Source: Ascidiella aspersa (taxonomy: Eukaryota). From it: 64,000 nt of DNA. This document shows positions 38,301 to 51,154 of this stretch, one piece after another. The position numbers and the translations under genes were made by a program. A model generated the notes under the pieces. The model did no database searches, was not told the origin of the DNA, and was given only the letters and a program-made list of their open reading frames with translations. Where the stretch lies: positions 9,300,001 through 9,364,000 of the forward strand of contig OZ004610.1 of the NCBI GenBank assembly GCA_963924565.1, read 5' to 3'. Position 1 is the stretch's first letter; the number at the start of each line of letters is the position of its first letter.

Positions 38301-41300
38301 CCATTTCAACCCAAAATATGACTTGATTTTATTCTACCTATATACAATGGGAAAGGTTTACGTTTTACTATTTTAACAGCCCAAAAAAAACAAATTAATA
38401 ACGCCAGTCAAACCAATGCCTTGTGATTCTTTGCTTTATAAACGCCTTTGCATATAAACATTTTTAACACTTGGAACGCTGTTAAAGAAGTGCCCGATAC
38501 CTCGTCTACCGATATTATAGAACTATGAAGTACCCCTGTGCGATATGTTGCAAACACTTGTCTGAATTAAAACAATATATGGATAACTCCTGATAGATTG
38601 TATTATGCGAATTAGCCTCACTTGTGAGCATTTTAGCAGTTAAACTGTAGTCTATATGCATTGCCTCACTAAAACCATTTTTTATTACCGTATATAATAT
38701 GTCTATAAAATTTTAATACAATACCCGCGATTCCCCAAATGTAAACTCCCGCTTTTGCACAACATTGAATTGTGGCTATAAAACAGCCTGTACAAAAAGA
38801 AAACAAAACTCTTAAATGGCGGTTTGTGTCTTTTTTCCCCAGTGATTCGGCCACCTTTTTCGAGACCGGCCCGCACCGCATCGGCGGCGTTTACAAGAAG
38901 GCCGTGTTTCGCGGGTACACGTCCGACTCCTTCGCCGACCCATCTCCGCATCCCGAGGACATGGGTATCCTTGGCCCGGTTATTGCTGGAGAAATCGGCG
39001 ACACCCTTCAAGTCACCTTTAAGAACAAAGCGGGGAGTCACGTATGTAAACTTGTCGTTATGTTTATTGGCTTTACAGAAGTCTGAACAAAGTGCTATAT
39101 ATGTTTTGAATATTATACGTTCTTGAAATGTCTAAATACGAATGAAATTACTTCTTAAAGTTTGTTATTTCTTCCCGAATTAGGTTATAACGTTCTTGCA
39201 AAGTGACCAAAGTGAGGCGTATTAGAAATATTAAAGCCCATACAGAAGTATATAAGTTATTATTTTGAACGTTTCGAACTCTTTATTCATTTTCAACATG
39301 ACTTTTGTGCCTTTAGGCTTTTAACGTGGAACCTCATGGTGTTTACTTCTCCGAAGCCTACGCCGTGTTGCCGAACATGAAGCACACATACACATGGTAA
39401 GACTTACCATTGGAGAAAAGTAAAAGCTAAAATATGCTTATGTAGCCTACTTCTGGTAAAAGCAACAAAAACATAAACACATAGTACGTATAGGCTAACT
39501 AATTATACTATGACAAGCTATGTAGTGCAAAATGTTTAAACGCACGTATAAACACATTTCCCACTTGCTTGGTTGGTCATAGTCACTGATTTGAAATCAA
39601 TTAAATTACCGTGTTTTATTTGTGACATAACCATAGTTGCCATTCTAGATTATTTTAATCTAGATTTAGATGTTTTGGTTTGAATCTAGATGTAGTATTG
39701 TACAATCTAGATGTTAGATGCTTTTTTAGATTTTTATTAAAAAATATTGTATAATCTAAATTAGTGACAGATTCGCTATTGACGATAAATATTTCAGTAA
39801 TTTCAAAAGTTGTTTTTTGCAAATTGAAAAAAAAAGATGAGATATAAAATCGAAATTTCAGTAACTCGTCATGTTCAGTAAAATGTTTTATAAAGCAGAA
39901 ATCTTAAATCTAAAGCATCAAGCAAGTCCCTTTATGCAACTTTATACGGCATTAAGCCAACGCCTCAGGCGTTGATTAAGCTTTTATGTTGATTTTTTGT
40001 CCAAAAGTATTGAATATTTTCAAAAATCTCTTTAGATTATTTTTTTAGATTTCTCCATAAAAATCTAGATGTTTTTAGATTATTTTTTTGGTAAATCTAG
40101 ATGATTACTGTGAGAAAAAAATGGCAACTATGGACATAACAACTTTATTCGATTTCAGTTGTCAAATAAAACGCTTGGGCCATATTTGTTGTCGGGAAAC
40201 TATGATAGGCTATGTTTAAGTGGCATTTGGACAACATTTTGGGCAAAAAAATCTACGCCAAAGTTCAATAGTCTCAACTTAATTTTGTGATCTAAACCCT
40301 TTTTTGAAATTAGTAAATTCACTTTGATATGGTTGCTACTGGAACTGTTTTGTAAACGATTTGCATTAAACATGGACATTAATGACTTCATTTGCGCTGT
40401 CGTTCCACCATTTCGCTCTCGATCGATAATAATCTATGACATCACTAAAGCAACATGTTATAATCACTAACACACATTATTTCGAACCTTGTCCCACTCA
40501 GTTCAGAATGAAAATTGAAAATCACTTTTTGCTAGCTTTTCATTGCCACTGAAAATGTTTCACTAATGTTGCAACTTTACTAAGTCATCACAAAAACGAC
40601 TTGTGAGCATCCCCATTAATTTTATTCAGGACCTTACCCGACTCGGTTTCTCCTGGTGACAACGATCCTGACTGCATCACCTACCTCTACACTTCCTCGT
40701 TAGAGTACATCTCCGACTCTAACTCGGGATTGGTCGGTCCACTCGTGGTTTGCAAGAGAGGCAAGTAAACCCCGAAACCGTATGAGAAACACAAAACCAA
40801 CGATACGCAGAATACGAAATAGACGTTGACATTCCAAGCGGTAGGAAGACTGCCATTTACTTTGATTTAAAGTTTAAAACCCTTCGCTAAAAAGTAAAAC
40901 ACCGTCATATTAAAGAAAAACACCTGTCAGATATTAAATGTAAAAAATTTAAAATGTAGATGAAAACACCTGTCAAATATCAAATATAAAAATATCAAAG
41001 GTAAATGAAAATATCTGTCAAATATCCAATAAAACGTATTTAAGCCAAAGTTTGGTAACATTAAAAAAGCATCAAATTTGTAGTAGGCCTACCGTTAACG
41101 TATTAAAACTGAAACATTTTCAGTTATAACTTATGTTAATGTTGACTCAAACTACCTTTCACCCACATTTTAGTTATCCCCTCCCAAATGTTATTCGCTG
41201 TTTACAACAGTTTAAGTTAGGAACAAAGAGCGTTTCGAAATTCAAGTAACTTATCGCCCGTATTGGACGTATCGCTCCATTGCAAATCACGCAACATAGT

Positions 41301-44300
41301 CAGAAACCAGTGTGATATGCAGGAACCCTCGCCGCGTGGATGGCTAAGCGCAACAGGTACTTGATGATGACAGTGTACGACGAAAACAGCAGCTGGTACT
41401 TTAAAGAGAACCTGAAGAGGTTCGCCGGAGATCCGGCAGGGACCAACACGAAGAGCTCCGATTTTAAGGAATCCAACATGATGCATTGTAAGTCTAGGGA
41501 TGTCCAATAATATCGGATCGGCAGTCTGGTAGGATTGACAAACGCCTGATAGTAGGTGGTGTCGGCACCGTTCCTAGTAACAATTTCATGTGTACGTTTA
41601 GCCAATCCAACACTATTTCAAGCTGGAAAAAATTATTTTAGTTTTAATATAACAATTCCAAACTGAAATTACTCGCCAAATCAAATTTTGTTAAAATAAC
41701 ATATAAAAGTTTGCATGCCTTTGCGAGTTCTCAATTTTATCTATTTCGTTAGATTAAATCAATTTTTGTATCTGATATTGGTTTACCGTGTAGGGATCCC
41801 GTAGGAAAATCAAAATAACTGCAAATTATTTTTATATCTACCGTGCTGTCGCAAAATCGGCGGGTAGAACATTTCCAAACCAAGTGCCATACTTACCTGT
41901 CTTGGCGCCTTTTACAACAAATGTATAAAATGGCGATAGTCTAACTTGTACAAACCACTTACAGCTATTAACGGGCGAATGTACGGCAATCTTTTTGGAC
42001 TGGACATGTGCGTTGACGAGGACACCACTTTCCACCTACTAGCGGTCGGCACAAAGTTCGACATTCACGCCATCAAATTCGACGGAATCAACGTCAGACA
42101 AGAGTAAGAGTCCAACAATACATTCCTTAATCAAACGTGATCATGAATAATGTCAGCCTTCGAAGTTTATTATATTCTTAGTAATTTTATACAGAAAAGT
42201 TTGCCTTTTTAAGTTTTAATTAGTTAAATACAGCTCTCAGGGGCATAGTTTTTATATTTTATTGTGAGCGACCAACCGTTATTATATTACGAATAACGCC
42301 TCGTGCCAAATTTTGCCAGTGTGATGCAGCATCTGTAACCTCACTGTAGACAAGTGGTTCTCCACCTTTTACTACTTGCAGCAAACAAACAATAGAAAAC
42401 AACTCGCGGCGCACTTTTGTATTATTACATAACAAGCCAATACAATTGCAACTTGATAATGTTGTACTACAAGGTAATAGGTAAATTACCTTAATAACAC
42501 AAATTATAATAATAGTGTAGGTTATATCTAAGTCCTGTACGCTTGCTTGAATGCCTGTTTTTATAAGTTTCTTTATCACGTCGTAATGCTTTGGTCGTTA
42601 AACAAAATCCATGGCTGTGCAGGGATATACCAAATGGAGCGGTCAACCTGTTCCCTCACACTTCGCAAACCATCACGGTTCGACCGACGAACGCTGTAAA
42701 TGGAATGGTCTACTGCGTTCTCATCGACCATCTCGCTTCCGGGATGTTTGCAGTCTTTGAGGTATTTTGCAAAAGTGACCTGGATTTTTAATAAGCCTCG
42801 TCTCGTCACCGAATGACGATAAGGCAACTAATTTAAGAAAAACTTATATTGATACGCATAAGATATATTACAAATAAATACTTATCCCGTCCGAGATACG
42901 TGAAAAAGGGTAATAATTATTTTCAGTCATCTGGATCTAGTCAGATTAGTTTTTTATCCCCAACTCTTAACACGAATTTAAAAAGCTCATTTATACATTA
43001 TTTTTACCTTCTACAGTCTTGGATTTCCATTGAATTTTTATCATCTTGTCAAACAGTAAATTTAATTGTGTTCTAAGTTTGTTGCCCACAATAATCGACG
43101 CGATTTATAAATAGGCCTAAAAGTCAATTTCTTGCTGGGTTCGAGTTATTGTGTCGCCCTCGGCGTATTTCACAAATAAATGTCGGATAATATCTGATCG
43201 GTGACGATTCCGTATACCAATTGATAATATCAATACTCGTCCAAAACTGGGGTGATATCAGTGCGGATTTGATAGCAAATTAGCTTGTACCTTCAACCAT
43301 GATTTGCGATCAAACGCGACGTTTACCATCTTAAAAAATCACAGATAACAATCGAAGATAATAGTCTTTCCAACGAAAAGGTAAATTGGTGCCTTACCAT
43401 TTGAAGACATTGCACTGCACATTTAATTATTTACAATTTTGCTTATTTGACAGTAGTAATGACGTAATTTGATATCAAGTCGGATGGACGTATTTTTGCC
43501 CGAAATATAACCTATCGCAATAGAATACAGAGAATCGGACATTCCCAATACCAATAACCTTGTTTTACCGCAGTCCGACGTCTGCAACGAGAAAAGTTTA
43601 AAGCCTGGTCGATACACATTTTGCACGCAATCGTTTTAAATTAACAAATAACGCCCACCGCCCCAGACCGATTCCGAGTTCATAAACCGGCCTTACTTGC
43701 GTATTCCAATAACATTGTCGCGCCTGCAATGCAGTCCAGTGTCTGCAACAAGGAAGCAGTTGATGAAGCGGAGGAAAGGCAGGAAGCAGTTGAGGAGGAC
43801 GGAATCACAAGACGCTACTTTATCGCGGCCGAGGAGACGCAGTGGGACTACAGTCCTTCCAAGCTCAACATCGACGGCTCGTCGGTAAACGTCAAGGGAA
43901 ACCACGGCTACGATTACGCGCATCGAGAACCGGGCAAGACCATCGGTAAGAACCTGCTACTGTTTTTTTTAAGGGGCTCTAGATGACGTTGTACTGGAAT
44001 GTGGACTAATTGCTTCCCACCAAGCAGTAATTTCTCATCATCAGTTCGATATCCTCGTAACTAAGTAGTCATTTCGCTATACACATTATTTCACATCAGT
44101 TCTATATCTTCATAACGAAGTAGTCATTTCGATATTCACATCAGTTCTATGTCCACATAACATAACGAAGTAGTCATTTCGATATACAAATCAGTTCTAT
44201 ATCCACATAACGAAGTAGTTATTTCGATATACAAATCAGTTCTATATCCACATAACGAAGTAGTTATTTCAATATTCACATCAGTTCTATATCTTCATAA

Positions 44301-47300
44301 CGAAGTAGTCATTTCGATATTCACATCAGTTCTATGTCCACATAACATAACAAAGTAGGCGTTTCGATATTCACTTTAGTTGTATATCCTCATAACTAAG
44401 TAGTTATTTCGATATTCACATCAGTTCTATGTCCACATAACATAACGAAGTAGTCATTTCGATATACAAATCAGTTCTATATCCACATAACGAAGTAGTT
44501 ATTTCGATATACAAATCAGTTCTATATCCACATAACGAAGTAGTTATTTCAATATTCACATCAGTTCTATATCTTCATAACGAAGTAGTCATTTCGATAT
44601 TCACATCAGTTCTATGTCCACATAACATAACAAAGTAGTCGTTTCGATATTCACATCAGTTGTATGTCCACATAACATAACAAAGTAGGCGTTTCGATAT
44701 TCACTTTAGTTGTATATCCTCATAACTAAGTAGTTATTTCGATATTCACATCAGTTCTATGTCCACATAACATAACGAAGTAGTCATTTCGATATACAAA
44801 TCAGTTCTATATCCACATAACGAAGTAGTTATTTCGATATACAAATCAGTTCTATATCCACATAACGAAGTAGTCATTTCGATATACAAATCAGTTCTAT
44901 ATCCACATAACGAAGTAGTTATTTCGATATACAAATCAGTTCTATATCCACATAACGAAGTAGTTATTTCAATATTCACATCAGTTCTATATCTTCATAA
45001 CGAAGTAGTCATTTCGATATTCACATCAGTTCTATGTCCACATAACAAAGTAGTCATTTCGATATGCACATCAGTTCTTAAATCTTATAACAAGGAGTCA
45101 TTTTGATATAGCGGTATTGTCATAACCAAGTAATAATTTCGATATACTTATAGGTGTGAGTGAATAAAATACATTCCAATCACAAATTTATACTCAGGTT
45201 CCACATACATAAAGGCTCTGTACTACCAATACACGGACGACACTTTCACAACGAAAGTTCCAAAAGCAAACCATCTTGGATTCTTGGGTCCAATCATTAA
45301 AGCAGAAGTTGGCGATAAAATCTCGGTGGGTAGAAAAGCTTCAAAAATAAAAATAATTTGTCACATTTAAAGCAGTAATATATGATGTTAATCCTACGAC
45401 CGATGTTATGTTTTTAAAGATTACGTTCTTCAACAAAGCAAAGCGTCCTTACAACATTCACCCCTGGGGAGCGATCGACCCCAACGCCGATAACTTGGAC
45501 CCAGTTGCTGTCTTACCTGGTGAACGAATGAATTACGAATGGACGGTAGGTTTCCGAGCAATCTGGGTTGATGAAAATTCTCCTAATTTACTGGCAGCAA
45601 AATGTATCCATACATTTTTCGTCTAACGTTTAAATGTAAAAAGTGGCCTAGCCTAGAAGGGGCTGTTCATGGTGGGTTCAGTTTGATTGTTCCAATCAAA
45701 GCTGCAATATGAAGACCGAAGTTTAAAAACTACTAAGTTCAATTTTGTGGAAAATAAGATTTCGCCAGAAAAGAGTTGTATGGTTGTTAACCAGTGGGCC
45801 ATGGCTCACTGGTGGGCCATGGAAACTTTTTAGATGGGCCACAGACCAATTTAGAAAAGCTAGATTTATAGAAGAATTTAGTTTTATTTGCGTCACTATA
45901 CCTAACTTTACAGGAATAATGGCTTGGGGAGGAATTGAGTAGGAATGAAAATGAAACATAAATTTATTGTTATATGCTCCGCTATATTTTGTTCTAAACC
46001 TTTTTATAGTTTGTCCATTCATAAAAATTTATTGGATTACAGAATTTTCGTTCAACGAAAATGGGCCACGAAAGAAAAAAGGTTGAAAACCACTGGTCTA
46101 AACTCTATGCCATTGTTAGTCTGTGCAAAAATTATCTTAGAAACTACTTTATTTCGGTAAAGCACAGCCGATTTCCCTAATTGCGCAAATTTAAGTAAAA
46201 GGGGCTACTTAAGGTATACGTTTCGTTGAAAAAATACATAAGTCTAGATTAATTTATATTTTTTTTGTAAACAAATATATTTTAGGCCACATTAGTGAGT
46301 TATATGAATAACACCAATCATAGAAGTTGCAAACCAATCTCGGTAAAATCATGATTTGCAGCAGCTTTGCCAATTTTTAACATCAAATATCTCCAAAGTC
46401 GTATTTTCTGAAAAAAGTTGTTTTAACTTACGTCTTTAAATATGAAAGCAACGTTAGAAAAAGTATGTTTCGACACGACGCACAGATCACGACAAAGTTT
46501 CTATTTGTAGGTGCCGGAATCGGCGGGGACTAGCGGCGAACAACCAAGTTGCGTGTCGTTCATCTACCTCTCATCAGTTGATAAGCCGATTGACGCCACA
46601 GACGGACTGATGGGCCCTTTGCTTGTGTGCCGGAAAGGTTCATATTGACGTATTAGATTATTGGCCATGATCGGACCAATTTGAATAATTTAAGGGTTAA
46701 TTTTTATGATAAGGACTTGACTTAGCTTTTTAGTTATCCAAAGTGACTTGACTTGAACTTAAGTTCCCTCAAAAATGACTTGGACTTGCAAGGCAACGAC
46801 AACCATGCGAAACGTAGGAAAAAACAAACAATATTATAGGTTAATAACTTACATAAAATCAATATTAAGCGGTTAATGCCATCTGTTAAGCATTAAATTG
46901 GTCTAACTGGTTAAATCTTGTCACCAAACTTCAGATCTGGCTTAACTTGGGGCTTATGCTTAACTAGGGGCCTGATTATAACCCCAATTAAACTTGAATA
47001 CACATTTATTGCTCTTAGGTTTTTGGAGCATTTCAGTCACAAATCAATATACTATATCCTATATATTAAGTATAGCATAACTATTGACAAGGGCAATTTG
47101 TTTTAGGCAACCCAAACGGTATCTTAAATTACTATCGAAGGGTAGCTCAAAGCGTACTTCTGCAATTATACATCCAAAAATTTTCAGTTAGACTTTGTTG
47201 CTTCTTTGAAATAACAGAGGACCTCAACATTTTAATAAAAAGAAAATACTCTTGTAATTTGAATCAGTACTGGTATACTAACTGCTATAACGCTCTGAAA

Positions 47301-50169
47301 TGATTTAGTACCATAAATCAGTAATAATAGTTCATCAGTCAATAAATCATGCAACGTAGCACGGGCAATCGGGCATTTTCACCGAGCCCAGTTTGATAGC
47401 CAGTTATCGGAACATACAAAACCTGAGCTGATTGTATTCAACATTAACTCTGACGAATGGTTAGGCGGCCTGGACAGCGGCGACATAGACGAGGAGTTCT
47501 TCCTCCAGTTCCAAGTGGTCAACGAAAACCTGAGTCACTACATCGACGACAACATCCGGGAATTTATCGGAGTCGAACCGAGCGAATTCGTGCCGGGCAA
47601 GAACTTCGAGGAGAGCAATAAAATGAAAGGTGAAGTCTTTGAGCTGATGGCGAATCGTTTTATTTCGATTGTAGATTGTACGTTGCAAAGTCTGACCACC
47701 CCGAAAGTAGGGTTATAATGCTTTAGGTTGGTATTCAGCGGTTTTAGTAATTTGGAGATAGTCATACGGCAATCCTTTCACTGAAAAACAGACTTTTGTC
47801 GTGCCATTATTCGTAGCAGGCATATCTGACTGTTTTAAGGAACTACACAAGCCAAACAAACTTCCCAACAAGCCATTTAAAAACAACCTACTGTCAGGAT
47901 CAGTTCGAAAATATATATATCGGACTCTGTAGCCCTGCTTTTCAGTAATAATGCTATCTTATTTCAGTAATTACGTTTTGTTTTTATATTGTATTTGCCT
48001 CTCCAGGAATCAACGGGTACCTGTCTCATGTCGATGGACTGAACATGTACAAGGACGACATCGTGCGGTGGCATTTAATCGGTTGGGGAAACGAGAAGGA
48101 TTATCACTCGGTTCACTTCCACGCCCACACTTATGATGCGATGTGAGTAGCGAATTAAGATAATATTATAGTAATAATATTTAGATTTATGTTTGTTTTA
48201 TTAAGGTAGATTGTAACGAAACCTCCCTAAAATGTATCCAGAAAATAGTCAGTTTCCAAAGTTAAATATAATTCGTTTTATTTAGTTTTTACCTAAATGT
48301 TTTAAGTCATTCTAACAACAATGTAGAACCACAATATCACCCGAGAGTATGGAAAATTGATTTACTTATAAATTAATTTCATTTTTAGCCTTTGAAAGTA
48401 TTAACATGCGGTTGGCTACGAAACATTTGGCTCTAATTTGTTTTTTCCGAAAGCATAAAAGGTATGGGGCAACTGCACTGTCAAAACAGTTATTATTTTA
48501 CTCTTTTCGCTTTAGTACCGACGGCGTATATCGCGGTGACGTGTTCGATGTTTTTCCGGGATTCTTTGGAACAGTTGTCATGAGAACAATCGCCGTCGGT
48601 GATTGGTTGCTCCACTGTCACGTGTTCGATCATATGCACGGAGGAATGGAAACCACCTACTCCGTGATGGACAGCGGTCCGTAGCTTTATTCTTTCCTTA
48701 ACCAGTTTAACAAATATGTTTTACAAAATGTTTAGAATTATTAGTTTGTTCAAACTTGTGAAGTAGGTTAATATTAGCTTTATTATTAAAGGGATCATTG
48801 GCATTTTGACTTTACATTATGTCACACCAAGTATTTAATATGGCATCACTAGTAATACTGCAATTAATTTTAGCATACTGCGGCTACCTGTGTAAAATGT
48901 AAAAAGTGTACTTTATTATTGATATCATGTTTTTTTTATTTTTGCTTTAACTAAAAATAATAGGCTGTGTAGGTTTTTTATAGATATTCAAATATATATT
49001 TCTAAATAAAAAATTGAACTAACAGTTTGCTGCATGATATTGACATTCTTTTCCGGATTGTACATTTTCTACTTCTAATGTTAATGACCTAAGTAGATTT
49101 GTTTTGCCTAATTGTGTTTGCTCGACGAATATTTTATATGTAATTTTTAACGTAGAGGCCTGCCAAAATGTGTTGATGTACTAACAAGTCTGAGTAGTAA
49201 TTATAGACCTTATTGTACCTCGTGTCTCGTTGCATAATACCATTTCTTTTTCATAAAATATTTTCTTCTTTTGACCCCAACTGTTTTTTTTAGTTTTTAT
49301 TCATAATGTCTAACTGTTTAAAGTATAGTACTGCGCTTAACTGTCTCCCCAGTATAATTTTGGTCCTGTTTAATAATATATCTGCTCTTATGGTGATGCT
49401 TGTTTTTCTTGCACGACCTCTATTTGCTCGGTTTGATTTTCAAAACATGTATTTTAATTTTAACCAACTATATACGTCTTAAAAACCGAAGCAAGGATCT
49501 TTCTTTGTTTATGCTTGTTGACTTTTCTAATAAAGGACTTGATATAATTTACTAATCTTCTGCATACGAGTTGATGAGAAAACTCCATTGGCATCCGGGC
49601 TTTCCAGTCAGAGACTTCTAAAACATGCGCACTGACCCGAAGCAAACCCTCTTGGCGCAGGTATAACGGCAGAACAGGAACGTCCTCACAAGGAGTGCTG
49701 TGAGGCGCACAAGGACGGCCCTAACTTCGTGCTGGACTGCAGCGGCATGGGCCTTGCCAATTACAAAGACCTCTTCAACGGCAACCGGTGGAAGGTAAAC
49801 GCGAGCAACGGGCACGGCAAGCAGCGAATGGTGGCCGCAAAGCTTGTGACCAGCATCGATCTCAGCTACAATATGCTGAGCGACCGAGAAGTAGTTAAAG
49901 TGCTCAAGCGATTCCACAATCTCCGCGTGGCAACCATCAACGGGAACCCGATTGCCAAACTGCACCGCAACCTGCTTTCAAGGAACAAGCACCTCGCCAC
50001 CCTGGTGGCCAGAAACACCCCGTCCCTGACCGGCGTCGCCAGAAAGCTTGTAGTTGGTCGCGACATGGATATGATCGACCTGTCCAACAACCCCCAGTTG
50101 CTGCCGGCCTGCCTCAATCGTATGTTCATAAGCCAGGAACACTTCCAGGCTTGTCGCGACGGGCAGTAG
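32328..50169 (+). CDS. Ceruloplasmin/hephaestin-like six-domain multicopper oxidase, copy A, with predicted C-terminal LRR exon (1211 aa; 1044 aa if it stops at 48684)
   Basis: Exons: 32328-32494, 32828-32969, 33931-34115, 35431-35546, 36021-36127, 36561-36755, 37196-37322, 37854-38034, 38843-39041, 39317-39396, 40630-40760, 41323-41487, 41965-42103, 42623-42761, 43735-43945, 45198-45325, 45420-45545, 46511-46637, 47465-47629, 48007-48142, 48516-48676, 49661-50169. Total 3636 nt, divisible by 3. Signal peptide [23 protein letters not shown]|[18 protein letters not shown]. Trinuclear-cluster ligands HPH, YHSH, HSVHFH, HCH. Type-1 sites [11 protein letters not shown] (D2), [11 protein letters not shown] (D4), [12 protein letters not shown] (D6). 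No TM segment. Confidence 0.92.
39632..40132. mobile_element. Non-autonomous DNA transposon (hAT/P-type, 8-bp TSD), 501 bp
   Basis: TIRs CATAGTTGCCATT / AATGGCAACTATG. Perfect 8-bp TSD GACATAAC at 39624-39631 and 40133-40140. Subterminal clusters of TCTAGA/TTAGAT motifs at both ends. Confidence 0.88.
44020..45150. repeat. Minisatellite of 45/50-bp units (~24 copies) filling most of an oxidase-A intron
   Basis: Unit CATAACGAAGTAGTTATTTCGATATACAAATCAGTTCTATATCCA, with CATAA-duplicated variants and degenerate edges. Explains ORF 44746..44979. Confidence 0.95.
49661..50169 (+). CDS. LRR-domain exon, predicted last exon of oxidase copy A
   Basis: Branch-like CTGAC at 49632-49636 and acceptor cttggcgcag| in phase 1. 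An in-frame TGA at 49633-35 lies just upstream, with no ATG or signal peptide before the Cys cap. Sequence [32 protein letters not shown]...[11 protein letters not shown]...[13 protein letters not shown]...[14 protein letters not shown]...[21 protein letters not shown]...FQACRDGQ*. Confidence 0.85.
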
Positions 50170-50307
50170 CTCGTGCCTTTGGTTGCTCGGCAATTTTCGT
50201 TGTAAATATGTTGCTTGCCCGGACACACGTGGACCAAGGCGAAAAAGCCGAGGCAAGCGTTTGTAAGATGTACATATATCGTTATGATTTTTACGGTAAG
50301 GCTTTCA

Positions 50308-50429
50308 ATTAAAGTTAAAGCTAAGTACACTCATTCACTGTTACGAACCACGATTAAACTCTGATTAATGTGTACAATACGGGATTCAACCACATTTGAG
50401 ATAAAAACATTTCAGCGTTGAACTTTATT
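50308..50429. terminator. Candidate convergent polyadenylation signals of the two oxidase-LRR genes
   Basis: ATTAAA on + at 50308-50313 and 50353-50358; AATAAA on - at 50429-50424. All lie within the 440-bp gap between the two stop codons. Confidence 0.5.
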
Positions 50430-50609
50430 TAATGGATTTTGCGTCAATTGCCCATGCACAAAACGTCACACTTTACGGTTTTTAAGTCGTAATACACTTA
50501 TATACAATTGAAATAAGGCAAATTTGGTGCAAGCCAGCGGCGTTTTAAACGCTGCAGAGAGATCTGGGCGAAATTAGCTTAGGTAACATTAAAAACAGGC
50601 ACCTCAGCT

Positions 50610-51154
50610 TTAGGGTTTCAGGCAGTTTGTAAACTCCTTCATGTTGTAGAAGACGCGGCGCAGACATGCCGGATTAAGGCGCCGGTTGTCGCTCAGATCT
50701 AGCAGCGAGAAGTCGTGCGACGGTGTGCCGCGTGCCGCGTTGCCGGCGACAAGCGACGGCGACACGTAGAAGAGGCTGGGCATGTCGCGCATAATCAGCG
50801 CTTTAAGGTGCTCGTTGTTCGCGACCAGACTACCGGTTACAAACCTGACACGGTTGCCACTTAAGTCGACCGACCTAAGGTTAGGAAAGGCTCGAAGGAT
50901 GCCGCGCGCCTCAAAGAAGTTTAGCCGGTTGCCGCTCAAGTCAAGGTGACTGATTTGAGATGGGTCGATCGTGCTTACGGAGCCGTTGGGCTGGCGGACG
51001 CGCACAGCAGGGCCCGGGCCTATGAGGCCGGAGCTGCGTCGCAGTCGCATGTTGCCGCAGACGCACGCACGCTTGCCGGCGACCTCGGTCAGATCGCAAA
51101 CGTCGTACTTCTTCCGCGCCTTTCGCGCCTCGTCGAACAGTGCACTTGTCATTT
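50610..51154 (-). CDS. LRR-domain exon, predicted last exon of oxidase copy B
   Basis: Acceptor aatttgcag| in phase 1 matches donor CGA G|GTGAGA at 51903/51902. Sequence [38 protein letters not shown]...[11 protein letters not shown]...[13 protein letters not shown]...[14 protein letters not shown]...[21 protein letters not shown]...FTNCLKP*. Clearly homologous to the copy-A LRR exon. Confidence 0.87.

Noticed and set aside
44020-45150. CRISPR-like array or repeat protein (ORF 44746..44979)
   Set aside because: Contiguous tandem units with no unique spacers, inside a eukaryotic intron. The ORF is a by-product of the 45-bp period.
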